Positions 27,801 to 39,253 of a stretch of 46,569 bases of DNA are shown here, piece after piece. This DNA is from Reclinomonas americana ATCC 50394 (lineage: Eukaryota). Made by a program: the position numbers and the translations under genes. Numbering within the stretch: position 1 is the first letter of the stretch; each line of letters begins with the position of its first letter. Where the stretch lies: NCBI GenBank assembly GCA_048213135.1, contig PS015361.1, positions 46,524 through 93,092 on the forward strand. The letters run 5' to 3'. The notes under the pieces are model-generated. The model ran no database searches. It saw nothing but the letters and a program-made list of their open reading frames with translations, and was not told the origin of the DNA.

Positions 27801-28143
27801 GGAACAGATTGCGCAGTGAGCAGCCGTGCACGTTGCGCAGGTCGTCGACTGGCGGCGCAGTCAGCTGTCCCAACAGCACCGGCTGCAACTGTGTGGAATC
27901 GGGGCCGAGCCACGACGCGTTCTCCTCTGCTCGCGCCACTGCGTTCTGTTGCTCGACCTCAGCAATCGAAGGACGTCGCTGCTGTTGCTGCTGCTGTTGT
28001 TGCCGCTGTCGCCGCCTTCGCACCTCCACTGGATCGTTCTCATCGGGCCACAGACGCTGTCCGCCAGCGGTGCTTGGCAGTCTCGACGCAGCCGCCTTGG
28101 CAGCCTCCTCGGCCCGCTGACGCGCTGCCTTTTCCTCAAACAT
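21885..28143 (-). CDS. Leucine-rich repeat + IQ motif + coiled-coil protein (LRRIQ3-like)
   Basis: LRRs LQVLDLHGNQL, LRVLLLHRNYI, LEILTLFQNPV with cap HPNYREFAINHL..LDEHVV; IQ motifs IQSVMRMWFTRR, IQRIFRGIVVRK, IQRWWRG; C-terminal coiled coil that includes the inverted contig 23332-23801. Confidence 0.72.
23332..23801 (+). other. Inverted gap-flanked contig carrying two exons of the minus-strand LRR-IQ gene
   Basis: Flipped, it gives CTC GCC A+TC AAG CAG GCC in frame at one end, and a 76-nt GTTGCGT...TACAG intron with matching phase (CT+A CAA GAG AAG) at the other. Confidence 0.85.
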
Positions 28144-28356
28144 CCCACTCGGATCTGTTGTGTTGTTGTTGTGTGTGGTCGTTGGTCGTGCTCGCGCGTG
28201 GAGGTTTGGCGGGAGAGGTGCTGACCGTTGGGATTAATTTTTGGGACGAGCGAGAAAAGTTCAGTTGGTACTCATATGCCCGCATCGCACACCGATGTAG
28301 GTATAGTTGGAATCAGCGCATGTTAACGTTCCCCATTTATGAGATTCCAGTCAGGA

Positions 28357-28367
28357 GGCGCGCCAAA
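28357..28367 (-). promoter_or_regulatory. E2F-like element TTTGGCGCGCC in the AT-richer divergent intergenic region
   Basis: Matches the TTTSSCGC consensus about 150 bp upstream of ATG 28520. Motif match only. Confidence 0.25.
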
Positions 28368-28519
28368 TTAGAAACTGATTAGAGCGAATGCGGACGTGTG
28401 CGCGGTTATCACTTTCAATCGAAACCAGCATTGTTGAATCCCCGCGACGGAGCGAACATATAGTCCCCCACCCTTGCCCCCACACCCTATTTGCCACATT
28501 CACACACCCCTCGTCAGCC

Positions 28520-29695
28520 ATGGAGAGCGACGCCAGCCAAGTGATCAACGCCTACATTCAGCGTCTGCTGAGCTCTCCCACAGCCGCCACTTCGAGCCTT
28601 GCCGGCGCGCTGCCGCCGCCGGCCGCTCCGCGCAAGGCACAGCCACTGCCACGCGCGCGCTACGCACACTTGCAGCAGGAGACGGCCTTTAGCGCCGCCG
28701 CCATGGAGCGACTGCAAGTGGAGAACGCGCTGCTGGTGCAGCAGGTGGAGATGTTGAAGCTGCAAGTGGACACGGAGCGCCGCCTCCGACGCGAGGCCGA
28801 AGACAATGTGAGCACGGCACTGGCGGCCGCTGCGCGTCAGCTGGCGCAGCGCAAGTTCAGCGGCGTGCCCACGCTGCTGACGGACGACGACGCCGTGTCG
28901 TCGCTCGGAGATGCCAGCGATGCCGGATTGCCGAGCCCGACCACGCACCTCCTGCTGCCGTCGTCGACCACTCGCCGACAGACAATCTCTGTCATGACAC
29001 ATGCACCACCCCAGTCACGCTTCGACGACAACACGCCACCAGCGCGCCACCTGTCCTCCGGCAGCATGCTGGCCGACGACGAGCACGAACATCAGGACAA
29101 CGCCGAGGAGGAGGAGGAGACCAGCACACAAGGAACCGAGCGTCACACACGGCGGCAGCGCTTCGCTTCCCCCGCCACGATGACGACAGTGGCGACGACG
29201 CGCCATCACAAGCGACGATTCAAGTCGACTTTGGTGCGCTCGAAAAAGACGACGAGCAATGGTGCGCACAGTCGCATTCGCCACACCTCCAACGCCATAT
29301 GCAACTCGGAGGCGACGTCCAAGGCCGATCATGTCGGCAAGGCGCCTGCCGCCGCGGTCGGCGAGGACACGCTGCGCAAGTACAAACTCAAGAAGGCGCT
29401 GCGCCGTCAGCGTCAGTTGCAACAACAACAACAACAACAACAGCAGCAACATCAGCAGTCGCACCCGCACTCCGACGAGTCGGTGACCAATGTCGACAGC
29501 AACACTGGCGACAAGTCGCGGGAAATCTGCGCCGAGCTGGTCATTGATCCGAGCCTCGAGGCCGCCGCCGCCGCCGCCCAACAACGGCGCAAGTCGAGCT
29601 CCGCCCTGCAGATCTCGCCGCTTCACCGAGCTCTCCTCCAGTCCAGTCTGCGGCAGGTCACCAACGCGACCGCCAACACGGCGAGGGCGCAGTGA
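28520..29695 (+). CDS. Intronless hypothetical protein with short coiled coil and poly-Q
   Basis: GCCATGG start, heptad MERLQVENALLVQQVEMLKLQVDTERRLRREAE, stop at 29693-29695. Confidence 0.7.
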   Translation: MESDASQVINAYIQRLLSSPTAATSSLAGALPPPAAPRKAQPLPRARYAHLQQETAFSAAAMERLQVENALLVQQVEMLKLQVDTERRLRREAEDNVSTALAAAARQLAQRKFSGVPTLLTDDDAVSSLGDASDAGLPSPTTHLLLPSSTTRRQTISVMTHAPPQSRFDDNTPPARHLSSGSMLADDEHEHQDNAEEEEETSTQGTERHTRRQRFASPATMTTVATTRHHKRRFKSTLVRSKKTTSNGAHSRIRHTSNAICNSEATSKADHVGKAPAAAVGEDTLRKYKLKKALRRQRQLQQQQQQQQQQHQQSHPHSDESVTNVDSNTGDKSREICAELVIDPSLEAAAAAAQQRRKSSSALQISPLHRALLQSSLRQVTNATANTARAQ

Positions 29696-29894
29696 TTATT
29701 GGAATGCTCAGCGAGAAAAGACATGTACACAGAACAGTTGTAAATGAGAATTAAATGCAATGCATTTCGTGCACTGGAGGGAGGGAGAGAGGTAAAGAGG
29801 ACAAGGGAGAAGAGGGAGAAGCAAGTCAGAAGTTGGTGTGGTCCCACTCTCGAGAGGACATTGCTGCGGTTTCTGTAAATCTTCTTTCCCACGC

Positions 29895-30899
29895 ATGGAC
29901 CGCGCTGGGTTGCGCATATGGCTCGGTTCACTCTGTGTGAGTGGAAGTGAGCTGTGGCGACTGCTGAAGGAATGTATCGAGCAGGGAGTGCGACTCGTTG
30001 ATTTGGTGGAGCGGATTCGGAAGGATGAAGTTGATGATGTTTGGCGCTGCCTGCACGACTTGCGCGACTCTCGCACTGGTGGGGCCTTGTTGACGCCTGA
30101 ACAACTCTCTCTGCTGATGACGCGGCTGCGGATGATCTCGGTGGTGCAAGTGTCGGCGGAGGAGCACAGCGATTTTGGCGTGGACTGGGAGTTCAATTTT
30201 GCACACCACGACAGCACCTCCATCTGGCCTGTGTTTGGCTTGGTGGCTTGCGAAGAAGACGAAGTAGTCGATCATGAGTGCCGTGAGTCGCCCACTTCTG
30301 TCAAAATGAGGGAGGCCGACTGTGACGAAGACGATGAAGAAGACAGTTTTTTGGCCGAAATTGCCCATCTCGCCTGCACTGAGGAGGAACACGACGCCTT
30401 TGTGGAGGAACAGCAAGCCCAGTACCGACAGCTTGTGAATAACCGCAAGCCGTGGCAATTGTCTGCTTCGACACTGGAAGCCGGTGAGTCTCACTTTCGA
30501 TTGCCGTCCTTGCAGTGCGTCCTCGGTGGCTCATCGTTTGTCACGTGCACAGTGCGAGTGATCGATGAAGTACGCGCACTCAGTCGTACTCTGGACCACC
30601 ACTCCGAGGTTGCATCCCTGCGTCCACCACCGACCGATCGCGCGCGAGAGTGACGCCTCGACATGACTCGCGATCGCGATATCGATCTAGCTCGATCGTG
30701 AATTCAGATGGAGGATGATGATGATGAGGCACATGGTAAGCCGCATTGTGGTATCCTGCGCTGCACACGAGATGGACCGCTACCTGTACCTGGACCAAGC
30801 TGTGATCGATATCTTGCAGGCCTAGGGCTTTGGACTGCTGTTCTTCTCCGTGGCAAATCAACTGCGATCACGTCGTCTGCGACGTTGCAGCAATCTTAA
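29895..30899 (+). CDS. Hypothetical acidic protein, possible N-terminal SAM-like helical domain
   Basis: Long first exon. Putative introns 30484-30552, 30609-30707 and 30736-30819 keep the frame to TAA 30897-30899; without intron 2 it would stop at 30653. Confidence 0.5.
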
Positions 30900-31201
30900 T
30901 CCCGAAGTATGCTCTCGCGATGTCGACTGCAACATGCGTAGCTCTGAGAGTGAACGTGACAAGCGAATGCTTGATCCAATGCAATATGAATTTTCCGATG
31001 ACCGGCTCTCTCAATCATCATCCTCTCGCCGGCGCACGTGTGACCGCTGCCACTCCCCCCACCTCTGTTGCACACACGCACACGCACGTTACCCAGCTCG
31101 CCTCGTCATCATCAATACGCAACCTCACACCTGCCTTGGCATCGCGCCTCCCCACATCGACCTTGTCCGAAGTCTCTCCACCCCGCTGACTCTCCTCCGC
31201 C

Positions 31202-33777
31202 ATGGGCTGCGGCGCCAGCAAGAGGCGCGACTCTCTTGATCCGCTGACTCCACCCCCGCTCCCACCAACTCCCACAACAGCAGCAGCGGCACAGCGTCCA
31301 CACACCGTCGATGCCTGCACCGACACGAATGGATTGTTTGATGTGGACGAGGACGAGGGCAACGGTCGCCTCTTTGGCAGCGGTGTGTCGGGCGTGGGCG
31401 TGATGGGCTCGCCCAGCAGCCGACTCTTGCAGGAGACGGCGAGTCTCACGGGTGACTCGGAGATGATGGTCAGTGGATTGTTGGCGTCGGCGGGTGGTGA
31501 GACGCCGGCGAGTGTGCCGCACGCAGCGGTTACGCTTGGCACACCGCGCTCAGATGGAGGACGCTCACGGGAGCCCGCACTGTCGGAGATGTCGTCACCG
31601 GGTCGTGTGCCGTTGCAGGTATGTGACACGAGAGAAGAGAGGCTGTTGGACGTTGCATTGTTCATGAATCGTGGTGGTTTGGACAGGCTCCCCGTTCTCC
31701 GTCGCCCGGCGTCAGCCCGGTTCTGTCGCACCAGGTGCCTGTGCACGGGCTACCTCGGAGTGGCACCGAAGAATCACTGCGCAACATGCTCGGTACGTGT
31801 GATATGAATGGCAGTGCTGTGTCTGACCTCCCTTGCCTGATTGCACTCTCTCTCTCTCCTCACGCAGGTGACAATCGACTGCACTCACCTGCACGATCCT
31901 CGCTCGGCAGTCCACGTTCCAGTGACACCGGCGACAGTGAGTCGGTGACGCCAGCGGCAGCAACTACGGCACCGCGTCAAGTACTTCCTGCTGGTCTGCA
32001 AAAAATCCTCCCTCCATATCCCCCTTTTTTTGCCACCGCCTCATCCTCTCGTCCGCATACAGAGCTGCGACAGCGACTGACACTCGGTCTCTCGCTGCCG
32101 ACCGAGGAGGAGCCTCTGCGATCGCCGCTGCGTTCGCCTCGTGCCGATCGCGATGCATCTCGTTCGCCTCGCATTCCCTCGCCGTACTCGGTTGCGCCGC
32201 TCCGCACACCGCCACGTTCGCCACGCAGCGAGTCGCCAGTACCAGGCACCGCCGGCTCAGCAGCGGAACGTATGTCCATCCCACCTCCTCTCTCTCTCGT
32301 TTATTGGGGTATGTGCTCACTCGCCGCTTGCAGTGGACGGAGTCAAGGACGACGGTTTTGTCACGGAGGATTCATCGCCGTCGCCACGACACGAGTACTC
32401 ACCTCGCGGCCCGACTCCCGGACCGCCACCACCCGTGCTGCGTGCGTAACGTTGCAGACTCACTCGTTTCCGGTTTTCGACTTATTGATAACAAACGTGC
32501 AGCAAATGGCGTGGCCGGAGCCACGGCCGAGGAGTTTATCGCGTACAAGTCGTGGACGTACGAGCATCTTTCACCACTCGAGCGAGAGATGCTCATCCGG
32601 GCGAAAAAGTACAACCACGAAAAGTACTTGCAGCAGATGCGGCTCCGGCACTCCATGTTTTTGCATCAGCGCGAGGTGGGTGGGGTGCAGGCTGCGCACG
32701 GAAAATATCTTGGTCCCTTGTGTCGCTCACATTCGCTGTTTTCCCCTCTGTCAGACGGTGCGGCAGAGACTCGAGCTCAAGCGCAACACTCTTGGGCAAA
32801 ACGCCTCGATGCCACTGAATGCGTCCTTGGACTCCAGTGTGCACTTGTTGCAGCAGCAGCAGCAGCAGCAACTACACGATTCGCCCGGTCACGTGTCGTT
32901 CGCGCGACCGTCGACTGCACCCGAGCGTCCCCAGTCGGCCGTGGAGGGCAGACGTACGGTTTCCTCGCCGGCACCGCCGGCACCCCTCCGACCGCAATCG
33001 GCCACTGGTTTCACTGGTCGCCAGTCGTTCCGCACGCGTCGACAGGAGATGCTGTCGCTGGATCAAGTCGATCTGGATGTGGATGCCGATGCGATCTCGC
33101 TGGCCATTATGAACGAACGCGCCAACGACAACCCCAACAACCCGCTCTTCTTCGCACCCAGTCCGATTCCGCGCATTGTGCCGCGTCCGCGTATTGTACC
33201 ACCCTCCTCGGGACGACCACCGGCAGGTCGATCGCCACCGCGTCGCTCCCCGCCTACGTCCCCACAAAATCATTCCTCTCCACCGCCGCCGCCGCCGCCG
33301 CCACCCCCGCGAAGACCATCGCCCACTCGGTCGGGTCCGACGCGACTGGGTGCCGGCGTAACGAGGCGGCCGATCACGACCTCGCAGTCGGCTGCGCTCC
33401 TCTCTGTCGACAAGGTTCGCATCGGCAAGGTCAACACCACCCTGGACGGTGAGATTGCCATTCTCCGCGAGCAGTTTGAGCGCTTCCCGGAACTGCGACG
33501 TGCCCTGTCGCCCAAGAGCCGACGGCGGCCGACAGTCGGTCCAATCAGTCCGCCGTCACCACTGGCGACAGCAGGCGGTGCGTTAGCGGGTGGCACGCGG
33601 TCGCCCGTCGGCATCAGTCCGATTGGAGTGGGAGGCAGGAGGCCACCGTCGCCTGCCGAGCTCGCCACGCCCTTTGAGTTCACGAGAACGCCGCCGGACG
33701 TGTTGCATGCGGCCAACTGCGAGCGCGTCATGAACGAGGCGTTCAGAATAGGCTTCAAAAACATGTCGATTACGTGA
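31202..33777 (+). CDS. Ser/Pro/Arg-rich protein with N-terminal MGCGASK acylation motif
   Basis: GCCATGG start; Gly2/Cys3/Ser6 fits myristoylation plus palmitoylation; exons join in frame through a central helical segment (EFIAYKSWTYEHLSPLEREML) to TGA 33775-33777. Confidence 0.68.
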
Positions 33778-33907
33778 ATGCGCGGGATGAGAATGAAGAG
33801 TGCATGAATGTAGTATGATTGACACTAGAGTGTTTATGCGGTGATTTCTTGGTTTGAGAGCGTCCTCCTCGTGCCAGCTGCATTGCAGCTGCGCGTGGAG
33901 GAGGAGG

Positions 33908-36900
33908 TCACTTGACCAGTACATCGCTGACCGCATCGTTAATTTGCACCAGGCCCTCGTCGCCGAGTTGCAACAGAGCCTCGCGCAATTCACCGTGTGT
34001 GATTGGCTGAGCGGAGAGACAACGAGAAGAATTGAGTGACACAGAAGTGGGGATAAACAAGGCACACGCAGACGCAGACGCACCCGATCGCGCTCCGCAT
34101 TCAGATCCTGCTGCAGTTTCCAGAACTTGACTGTCTGTCCGCTGCGTGGAATGAGCATGGCTCGCAGCTCGGCAGCCAGCGCATCGACATTGGCACGGTC
34201 GGCGGCAGAGTGACCCGTAATCAGCTTGTCAATGTCGATGAGACCGGTGTCGGGGTCCATGGCTGCCTGGTGCAGCGCCACCTTGAGCAGCCTGCACACA
34301 AGAAACCGCGATGAGACAAGAGCGGAAGGATCGGTGCGCGAGAGTGCTCTTGTGCAGCCGCACCTGACGGCTTCCGCCACATCAATACGCTCGACCTGTT
34401 GTGAGAAGCGCATTCGTGCGTGAGCCTCGCTCAGGCGGATCAGCGACTCCAGTTGGCGTGGTGTCGCCGACACGGTGTGCCGAGAGTTGCCGACGCGTCG
34501 CAGATCTGTGACAATTGATGGTTGCTGTGAGTCGCCTCGCGACAGCAGGTGAACAACAGTGAGAAGAACGCACCCCTGTAAGCACTCTGCAAGTCTGCGC
34601 ACGCCTCGTCGGTCAGCTGCGGGTGGACGTGCTTGCGAGCGTACGAAATGTAGCGCGTCAGCAATTCCATCTTTAGCAGGCGACCGCGGCTCGTGTGCCC
34701 GGGTGCTGCCGGTGCGTCGCCTGCAATAGCAATGGGGTGAGTGGCCTGAGAGACACGAAAAAGAGAGGAATCGGTGCAAACACAAACCATCAGTGGCTTC
34801 GCGAGTGCTGTACAGCGACACAATGTGCCGTGCCAGTGCACGATCGCGTTCCTCGTCGGCCACATCCAACAGCAGGTAAATGAGATCGAAACGCGACAAA
34901 AGCGTTGGCGGCAGGTTCAGATTGTCGACCACCGACAGGCGACGATTGTAGCGCGAACCGATGGGATTGGCCGAGGCGATAATGGAGGTGCGTGCATTCA
35001 GCGATGCCACGATGCCGGCCTTGGCAATGGACACGGTTTGTTGCTCCTGTGCACCCAATACAAATGTGAGGCACGCACGTTTGAACAATCCAGTGGAGGC
35101 CAGCACACTGACCATGGCTTCGTGGAGAATGGAGCGCGTGGCGTCGCTCATCTTGTCGAATTCGTCGATGCAACACACACCCCTGTCACTCAGCACCAGT
35201 GCGCCACTGCAGAGGCGACCATGAATCCACCCATACACTGCGGCGTGAGAACAATGCGCTTTCTCCCCGAGCGTACCTCTCCAGCACGGCCTCGCCCGAG
35301 TCCGGATCCTTGGTGACGTACGCAGTGAGACCGACAGCCGACGTGCCCTTGCCACTGGTGTAGATTCCACGCGGCGCAATGCGATGCTGCGGCGACAGAG
35401 GAAAGCAGTGATCACTACGTGGTGTTGTGGCTCGGGAGAAATGTGTTGTGTGCGCACCACAAATTGCAGGATTTGACTCTTGCTCACACCCGGATCGCCG
35501 ACCATCAGCACATTGATTTCGCCACTGCACGCCTGCGCAGTGAGCGACAAGAAATGCACCCCCCAACGTCTCCGACGGCGATCATCCCCAGCACGTACCG
35601 GAAGCGAGTATTACCGGCTGTCTTCAGCTCCTTGTTGGTGCCACCAAACAGCATGCACAGAATGCCTTTCTTCACATCGTCGAGTTCCCAAATGGACGGC
35701 GCTGAAGGGGGGAAAAGGAGAAAGACTGCTCAGCACAAGGACGAAAAACAGCAACTTCACACGAGTGACACGAACCGAATGAGCGCACAAGCGTGTCATA
35801 AATGTCGGGCGACTGCGCCAGGTCCTGCAGCTCACGCTCCTCATCGTTGGTGATGGTGTCGAGTGGGTCGCCCTCCTCAACACTGCGGCGAGGAAAGAGT
35901 AAGCAAAAAATAGAGAGTAATGTGCCGACTGGAACGTGCGACGCAACGAGGTAAAGAATTCCGAGTCCTCTGGCACACGACGATCCTCGACCGACATGGA
36001 GCGCTGATCCATCTTGCGGAAGTGGATGACATCGACGTACGTCCGGTACACCGACTTGATGGAGCGGTTGCGTGGGTTGGGGCGGATGGGCGCGGCACGG
36101 AAAATGCCGGTAGCCTCAACGCGATCACCCGGCTTCACGTAGTCGACCAGGTCGTCGAAGCACACCAAATTCACCGTGTGCGGCGTCTCGCCCTCCGGAA
36201 TAGCCTCTGTGTGCAAGTGGGGAGACGAGGGGTTGGCGAACAACAACAACAACAACAGCAAGAGAAGCATGGACATGGGTACCGGGGACGCACCAGGCGA
36301 CTCTTGCAACTTGACGAGCTGCTTGTCGGTGTAGAAGCCTCGGTTGTGGACGATTCGCATCGACATTTTCGCGTGGCAATGATTGCATCGTGTCGGCTCC
36401 TCGATGCGGCCGCGATCAATGGCCACTTCGAGTTGGAAGTGGCACGAGTCGCAGCGGAAGAAGGCGCTCTTGATGTCGGGAATGATGGAGGTGGAGCGGA
36501 TGACCATTCCACGCACGGAAATCAACTGGTCAACTGTGCACGCCACAACCCGTGTCAAAAAATCCTCGTGACGACAGACAGAACTCGCAGAACGAAAAAT
36601 GCAACTGTCGGAGGGATTCAGGTCGCGCATGGCCTTGTACTCGCCACGTCGCAAGTTGAAGAGGCGGCACTGCGGCGGTCGTCGGTACTCGCCACCGCCG
36701 GCCACATTCTCACTCAGGCGACTGAAGTACGCCGACAGTTCCATGTCGGCCACCGGAATCACCTGCCGATCCACCATCACGCGTCAGTATCGTGGAAACG
36801 CAACGTCAAGCGAGAGCGACTCTCAAACCTCTTGCGGGTAGCGCACGAGCTGCAAGTAGAGGTTCGGATCAAATGCAAACACATTCTCACAATCAATGTT

Positions 36901-37582
36901 GACAATGTGCTCCTCGGCCAGGAACAGCTGCTCCAGGTAGCGCGGATAGAAGGGATCCAGGTCGGCGGGTCGCGTAAACTCCTCAATGAACTTGCGCAGG
37001 CGTCGCTGCAGCTCGTTCACGGAGACATTGGTGCCCCAGATGACCGCGCCGCCCTCTCGCACAGCCAACGAGTCGCTCTCCGACGCGGCTCCATCCTGCG
37101 ACGACGGCACGTACAGGCGCTGACCGCCTCCGAGTTCCGCACGACCACCGAAACCACTGAAATGCGATCGGTTAAGGCGATGATGATGAGATGATGATGA
37201 TGATGGGTGCGAGTGTGCATGGGGAAACGTACCGTTGACTGCGTGCACCCGAGTGTCGCGAGTCGGGCGTCGACTCGTTGGTGGCGCTGGCCAGCAGGCC
37301 GCGGCCACCAGCGCCGCCCCGAGCTCCATTGATGCGCGGAGACGACACGTGCGTCAGTGGTGTATCGCCCACCGTCAGGTCTGCGTCGACAAGGACACGC
37401 ACACATGCACGCACGACGGACGAGGGAGAGCACAAGAGTGAGTGCGTGTGTGTGTGAGAGAGTGCGAGTTGGCCATTGCACCCGCAAGCAGAGGCGTGTG
37501 TGCGTGTGCGTGTGTGGCATGCAGTCAACGCACCTGCGGGCACGTTGGGTGTCGTGCTGAAGCCATCTTCGGAAGACGCCAT
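33908..37582 (-). CDS. MCM4: DNA replication licensing factor MCM4
   Basis: [25 protein letters not shown], Zn finger [26 protein letters not shown], Walker A GDPGVSKS, Walker B IDEFDKM, Arg finger [21 protein letters not shown]. About 14 exons, all GT-AG. Confidence 0.95.
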
Positions 37583-37987
37583 GCGCGCGGTCAACGACGG
37601 AGAAGGCAAGTGGCGATGGACGATCGGAGGGACTGCGTCGACGTCGACATGCAAATGCAAGCATCTTCACATCCGCGCGTGGGGATCGCGACGCTCTTCA
37701 ACGCCGTGGTGCACACGACACACAGCGCACGGAAGGGGGTTTCGTTGGCGCGTTGCGGCCGGTGATGAATCTCTGCATCTGCGGCAACGTCGAGAGCGAC
37801 TGCTGCATCGACATCGGGAAAAAACGACAGTCCGGGCTCATTCCTCTTGCCGTGAAGCTCATCGCCACGCAGCGTACTGTCTCTAGACTCCCTCTATACA
37901 GCTCCTGCTGCGTTTTTATCAACACGAGCAGGTGTGGAGTGCAGCAGTCCCACAGTCCGATTCTGACTTCGTGGAGAGCAAGCAAAC

Positions 37988-39127
37988 ATGGCTGCCGCCT
38001 CTGGTTCCGGGTCTGACGACGTGTACAAGATTGTGTTCATCCGCCACGGCGAGAGCGAGTGGAACGTGCAGAACATCTTCACGTTGCGTAGGCAGCACAT
38101 CCTCTCCTCTCTCTATCTCACTCTCTGTCTCACACACACTCACACATTCGCTTGTGTGCATGAGCAGTGGCTGGACTGATGTGGATGTTGCGTCTGCGTG
38201 TTACACACATGTGTGCGATCATGAGGATGATTGACACGACATTCATTCTGTGCTATTTTGTTTGTAGTTGTCGCCCAAGGGCTTCGAGGAGGCCGCGCAG
38301 GCTGCGCGTCTGCTCAACGACGCCGGCTTCACGTTTGACCACATCTTCACCTCGGTGCTGAAACGTGCCATCCGCACCATGTACATTGGTGAGCATTTTG
38401 TCGTTGTCGCCGTGCATGCGTGTCTCATGATGATGATGCACCAGTGACCGACGGCCTGAACCTGTTGTGGGCACCGGTGACGCGCTCGTGGCGTTTGAAT
38501 GAGCGCCACTATGGTGCGCTGCAGGGACTCAACAAGGCCGAGACCGCCGCCAAGCACGGCGAGCAGCAGGTGCTCATCTGGCGCCGCAGCTACGACATTG
38601 CGCCGCCTGCTCTGGAGGCGGGCGATGAGCGCGATGCGCATCTCGATCGCCGCTACGCCGACCTCGATCCCGCACTGGTGAGTGATGACTCCATGCTTGC
38701 TCGTCACTCGTGGTTGCTGAGTCGCCGCACGCAGGTCCCCATGTCAGAGTCGTCCAAGGCCACCGTGGAGCGCGTGCTGCCGTACTGGTACTCGGACATT
38801 GTGCCCATGATGCAGTCGGGCAAGCGTGTGCTGGTGGTGGCTCACGGAAACAGCATCCGCTCGCTGGTGAAGCACCTGGACAACATGTCGGAGGAGGAGT
38901 TTATCAACCTCAACATTCCGGTGCGTGTCGCCCACGCGTCTTTGCAGCTCCGTCGTCGCTTGTGTGCGCATACTCACACGTGATGTGCTGTGTAGACGGG
39001 TGTGCCGCTGGTGTACGAGCTGAGCAAGTCGGATCTGTCGGTGCAAAAGAAGTATTACCTGGGCGACCCGGAGGCCATTGCTGCCGCCATGCAGGCCGTC
39101 GCCAACCAGGGCAAGGCGAAGCACTGA
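37988..39127 (+). CDS. gpmA: 2,3-bisphosphoglycerate-dependent phosphoglycerate mutase (dPGM, gpmA/PGAM family)
   Basis: [63 protein letters not shown]. Six exons. Confidence 0.95.
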
Positions 39128-39253
39128 GCTGTCACGACAACTTTTTCCCCTTTCATTGTATTTCCGCCCCTTTCCATCTCTCTCTCTGTGTGAGTAAGCG
39201 CCCAACATGGTGCTGCACGTAAAAAAAGAGTGATGGAGAGAGACATGTCGATC

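Noticed and set aside
33583-37194. Long overlapping or antisense ORFs and stop-free introns in MCM4
   Set aside because: Expected in GC-rich sequence with short introns; the antisense products have no recognisable domains.
37583-37987. E2F/MCB-like motifs upstream of MCM4 (GTTGGCGCG, TCGGGAAAA)
   Set aside because: Imperfect matches in CG-rich DNA, not distinguishable from chance.
36530-38270. Reading GTTGCGT donors as non-canonical G|TT introns
   Set aside because: Shifting by one base removes the terminal AG and breaks conserved residues (MCM4 SD-I-DQ, dPGM DVD-L-S). GT-AG with an extra T fits better.
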